DNA of 64,000 nucleotides from Isurus oxyrinchus (taxonomy: Eukaryota), in assembly GCA_026770705.1 (NCBI GenBank), contig JANJGN010000002.1, positions 175,956,001-176,020,000 on the forward strand. The letters are read 5' to 3'. This document shows positions 61,165 through 64,000 of this stretch, piece by piece. Position 1 is the stretch's first letter. Every line of letters begins with the position of its first letter. The position numbers were made by a program, and so were the translations under genes. The notes beneath the pieces were generated by a model. The model saw only the letters and a list, made by a program, of their open reading frames with translations, did no database searches and was not told where the DNA came from.

Positions 61165-62215
61165 TATTGCTGAAAAGAGAGACATGCTGCTGAAGATTTT
61201 TGTCTTGCACTCATTAGGACAAACCCAAAAATGCCAAATTTCAAATGATCGTAACAGTTTATACTACAGGAGAAAAAGTGCTGATTGGTTGGCAGGTTGA
61301 CACTGATTGGCTCGGGTATTGCCATGATGAAAGCAATGGGAAGCTATAAACTCCCCAAACTTCATGATAATTCAAAAAAGGCATAAGGCTTGAACATACT
61401 CCATTTGTTTGCAGAGAACAGGTCCCTGCATATGAATGTATATTGCTTCTAGAAAGCACAAATGAGCCATGTTATGAGCTTATCTTAAATTGATCATTTG
61501 TGCAGCTATTAACCCACTCAGGATTGTTCAGAAAGTGCTCCCCAATTGCAGAATTACATCTAACAGTAGACATTTTGTTTTGGGTTTTCCGCGTGTGGGC
61601 TGGTTGAATACAGTCTGCGCTCTGCCTATTACGAACAACCAAAGGAACATGCTGTTTGATTCAATCAGCCAGTCTCTGGGACAGAGGGCCTGTGTACCTG
61701 GCATCACATTGGCACTGAAATTCATACATGACATTACTCAATTGTATGGTAGACAGAATGTCTTTCTGGACTGAAAGCAGCATCCTGTTAGTGGAAAATA
61801 TCTCTCACGTAGCCATTGCATAGTAGCAGCATGGAACAGCTTCCTTAACCTTTTGGTCAAATTATTGAGATGCTTAATTTGAGGTAGACCAGACTTTCAG
61901 GTCTGAAAGTGATGGCCTTTGGCATTTGTGAGTATCTGTGATTCACAGTGAACAATGACCTGATTAGAAAAGCTTTGATGCACTCTATTTTTGCATCAAG
62001 CTTGCAAGATGGGCAAATGGCTAGGGCCCTATTTACAAGATTGCTGATAAGGCCAATCTTATGGCACATGGAGCTACCTGAATCCCAACATGTATACTGA
62101 CTGGTGAAGGTAGACAGTAATAGCGAACCCATCTGCAGATTTCTCAACTAGCAATTTGAGGAAAGGGAACACATTCGAACTCCATCTCAAAAGTGAATTT
62201 GAACATGGCTTGGCG
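61165..62215 (-). mobile_element. Penelope-like retroelement remnant: RT C-terminus, GIY-YIG and 3' terminal repeat
   Basis: KFTFEME..PFLKLLVEKSADGF..TFTSQYTCWDS..KIGLISNLVNRALAIC; then SNVMYEF.QCQCDARYTG.LSQRLAD*IKQHVP; decayed hammerhead CTAATGAGTGCAAGACAAAA near 61195-61220. Confidence 0.85.
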
Positions 62216-62221
62216 TGTATT

Positions 62222-62785
62222 ATATTCTGTCTAAAATACAATTGAGCAATGTTATGTATGAATTTCAGTGCTGGTGCAATGCCAGGTACATAGGCCATAT
62301 GTCTCAGTGGTTGGCTGATTGAAACAAACAGCATGTTCCTTCAATTGTTCATAATAGGCAGAATACAGACCGCATTCAACCAGCCCATGTTTGCAAAACC
62401 CAAAACAAAACATTTACTGTTAGATATGATTCTGCGAGTAGGCAGCACTTGCTGAACAATCCTGAGTGTGTTCATAGCTACAACCAACTTAACATAACCA
62501 GTCACTTGCATTTGCTATAAGCAACATACATTCATATATAGTGCCCCATTCTCTGCTGACAAAAGGCACATGTTCGAGCCTTGAACCTTTTTTGAATTAC
62601 CCAGGAGCTTCGGGCATTTACAGTCCCCCACTGCTTTTTCCATGGCCATGCCTCAGCCAATCAGTGCCCTTTTCTCACTGCATAAATTGTTGTGATCATT
62701 TGAAATTTGGCATTCTTGCATTTGTCCTGATGAGTGCAAGACAAAAAGTTTCAGCAACATATCTCTCTTTTCAGCAATATTCAAG
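62222..62785 (+). mobile_element. Inverted 5'-truncated second copy of the same Penelope-like element
   Basis: SNVMYEFQCWCNARYIGHMSQWLAD*NKQHVP at ~62245-62340; reverse complement of ~61165-61765; CTGATGA-GT-GCAAG-AC-AAAA hammerhead remnant at 62727-62750. Confidence 0.85.
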
Positions 62786-63409
62786 TAATTTATAGTTTCA
62801 ATCCTCTACTGATTTAACATGACAGAAACAACGATGCTATATAAGTGCTCTATCATCAATGCAACTATATATGGAGAAAACCAAATGGTAAGGTTTCTGA
62901 ATCTCAGCCAGTAATGTTATATTAGAGAGAATTTGGCAACATTCCCAGTATATCTATTACTGAGGATTTAATGTTTAAAGAAACATTCTGAAGTGGAATT
63001 AGGTTAAAAATAACATGGCATTCTGTCTCATCTAGGGATTCCTGAATATGCAGTGAGATTCAATAGCTTTCAGACAAGATTATTAATGGTGTATCAAAAT
63101 TAATTCCACAACAATTTTTAGGAAATATATATCTCATAGATGGCAACAAGAAGCTTGTTATGGTACCATAATAATGAAATATTTATTTGGCGGCCCTGCC
63201 CTTCAGATCCAGGTTGTTTTTCTTGTGATAGCTTTTACTTTTAAATAAGACATACTAAAATTTCCATCAGATTTCAATTTTTCGGGCCAATCAGCAGGAA
63301 CGTAAAAGTTGGGCGCAAGATGAAGCTTATCTATATAGACTTTATCATGAACCTGAACAATGAAACAAGCTAGGTAGGTTAAATGGCCTGTTTCCATTCC
63401 TACTTTCAA

Positions 63410-63605
63410 AGAAGTGATGGGGCCTTCTCCTCAGTGTCCTTGTCAATATTTATCCCTCACCAAACGCCACTGAAATAGATTTTCTGGACATTACATTGTT
63501 GTTTGCGGGATTTTGCGGTGCAGAAATTGGCTACCATGTGTCCCTACTTTACAATGATGACTAACTTCAAAAGCACTTAATTGGTTGTGAAGTGCTTTGG
63601 ACGTT
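63410..63605 (+). mobile_element. Deu-domain SINE 3' fragment
   Basis: GTGTCCTTGTCAATATTTATCCCTCA..CTTCAAAAGCACTTAATTGGTTGTGAAGTGCTTTGGACGT, parallels 30450-30610. Confidence 0.7.
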
Positions 63606-63609
63606 CTGG

Positions 63610-63830
63610 GCTCACGAAGCTTCATGTATCCTGAAGGCCATGTTTGCAGGAAGTACTCTTGCTACTCAAACTCACACTGAGAGTTTCTGAGCTTGATGGG
63701 CAGCTCGATTTACCGCAGGGCATACTTGTTGCTGAGTGGTCCCTGGATTGTAGGTTCCTGGAGATGGTCACCCTATAGCCAGACAGAGTTCAGTCTAGCA
63801 AGTGGGTGGGCACTGTAAGTAGGGGAGAGG
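63610..63830 (+). mobile_element. Possible CR1 ORF1 fragment (zinc-finger / coiled-coil region)
   Basis: With one frameshift reads PEGHVCRK..LLLKLTLRVSELDGQL..I..AE.SLD.RFLEMVT, resembling the CR1 ORF1 N-terminus. Confidence 0.5.
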
Positions 63831-64000
63831 CGGACAGTGCAGGAATCCTCCAGGAGAATGACACACCCAAAATGCTTTTTGACACTGAGTACCAGTGATG
63901 GTAGTGTTATGATGCGGCAGGTGATATGTGTCAGGTGAACCCAAATCCACAAGGGGAACTTGGCCATGTCATCACAATGGTTTTGCCATTTGTATTTATT

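Overview
Vertebrate genomic DNA, AT-rich. The repeat families (Deu-domain SINEs, CR1, L2, Penelope-like elements, GGGCAGAATTTT-ended MITEs) point to a cartilaginous fish, probably a shark. The only protein-coding gene I can support is the 5' half of a Pax3/7-class paired-box gene on the minus strand, best called pax3. It has four coding exons (19570-19657, 18397-18629, 16746-16875, 16002-16136; 586 nt in total, all GT-AG, phases as in human PAX3) encoding the paired domain and octapeptide. Intron 4 runs off the left end, and I did not find the homeodomain exons. The gene sits in a CpG-rich, apparently transposon-free domain of about 12 kb with a CCAAT/TATA-like promoter and several candidate enhancers. 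The 44 kb upstream is a repeat-rich gene desert. Main points of interest: (1) the near-invariant paired-domain linker GAIGGSKP reads GATGSKP (one residue shorter), together with loss of the NAGNAG Q+/Q- splice switch; (2) a young family of short Penelope-derived insertions with 10-14 bp target-site duplications carries a minimal hammerhead-ribozyme fold with a non-canonical CUGUNGA core; (3) a distal CpG-rich block has two mirror-image, identically spaced Meis + Pbx-Hox composite sites; (4) an 87-bp-arm perfect palindrome is nested in a solo LTR. Everything was read by eye, so repeat boundaries are approximate unless TSDs are given.
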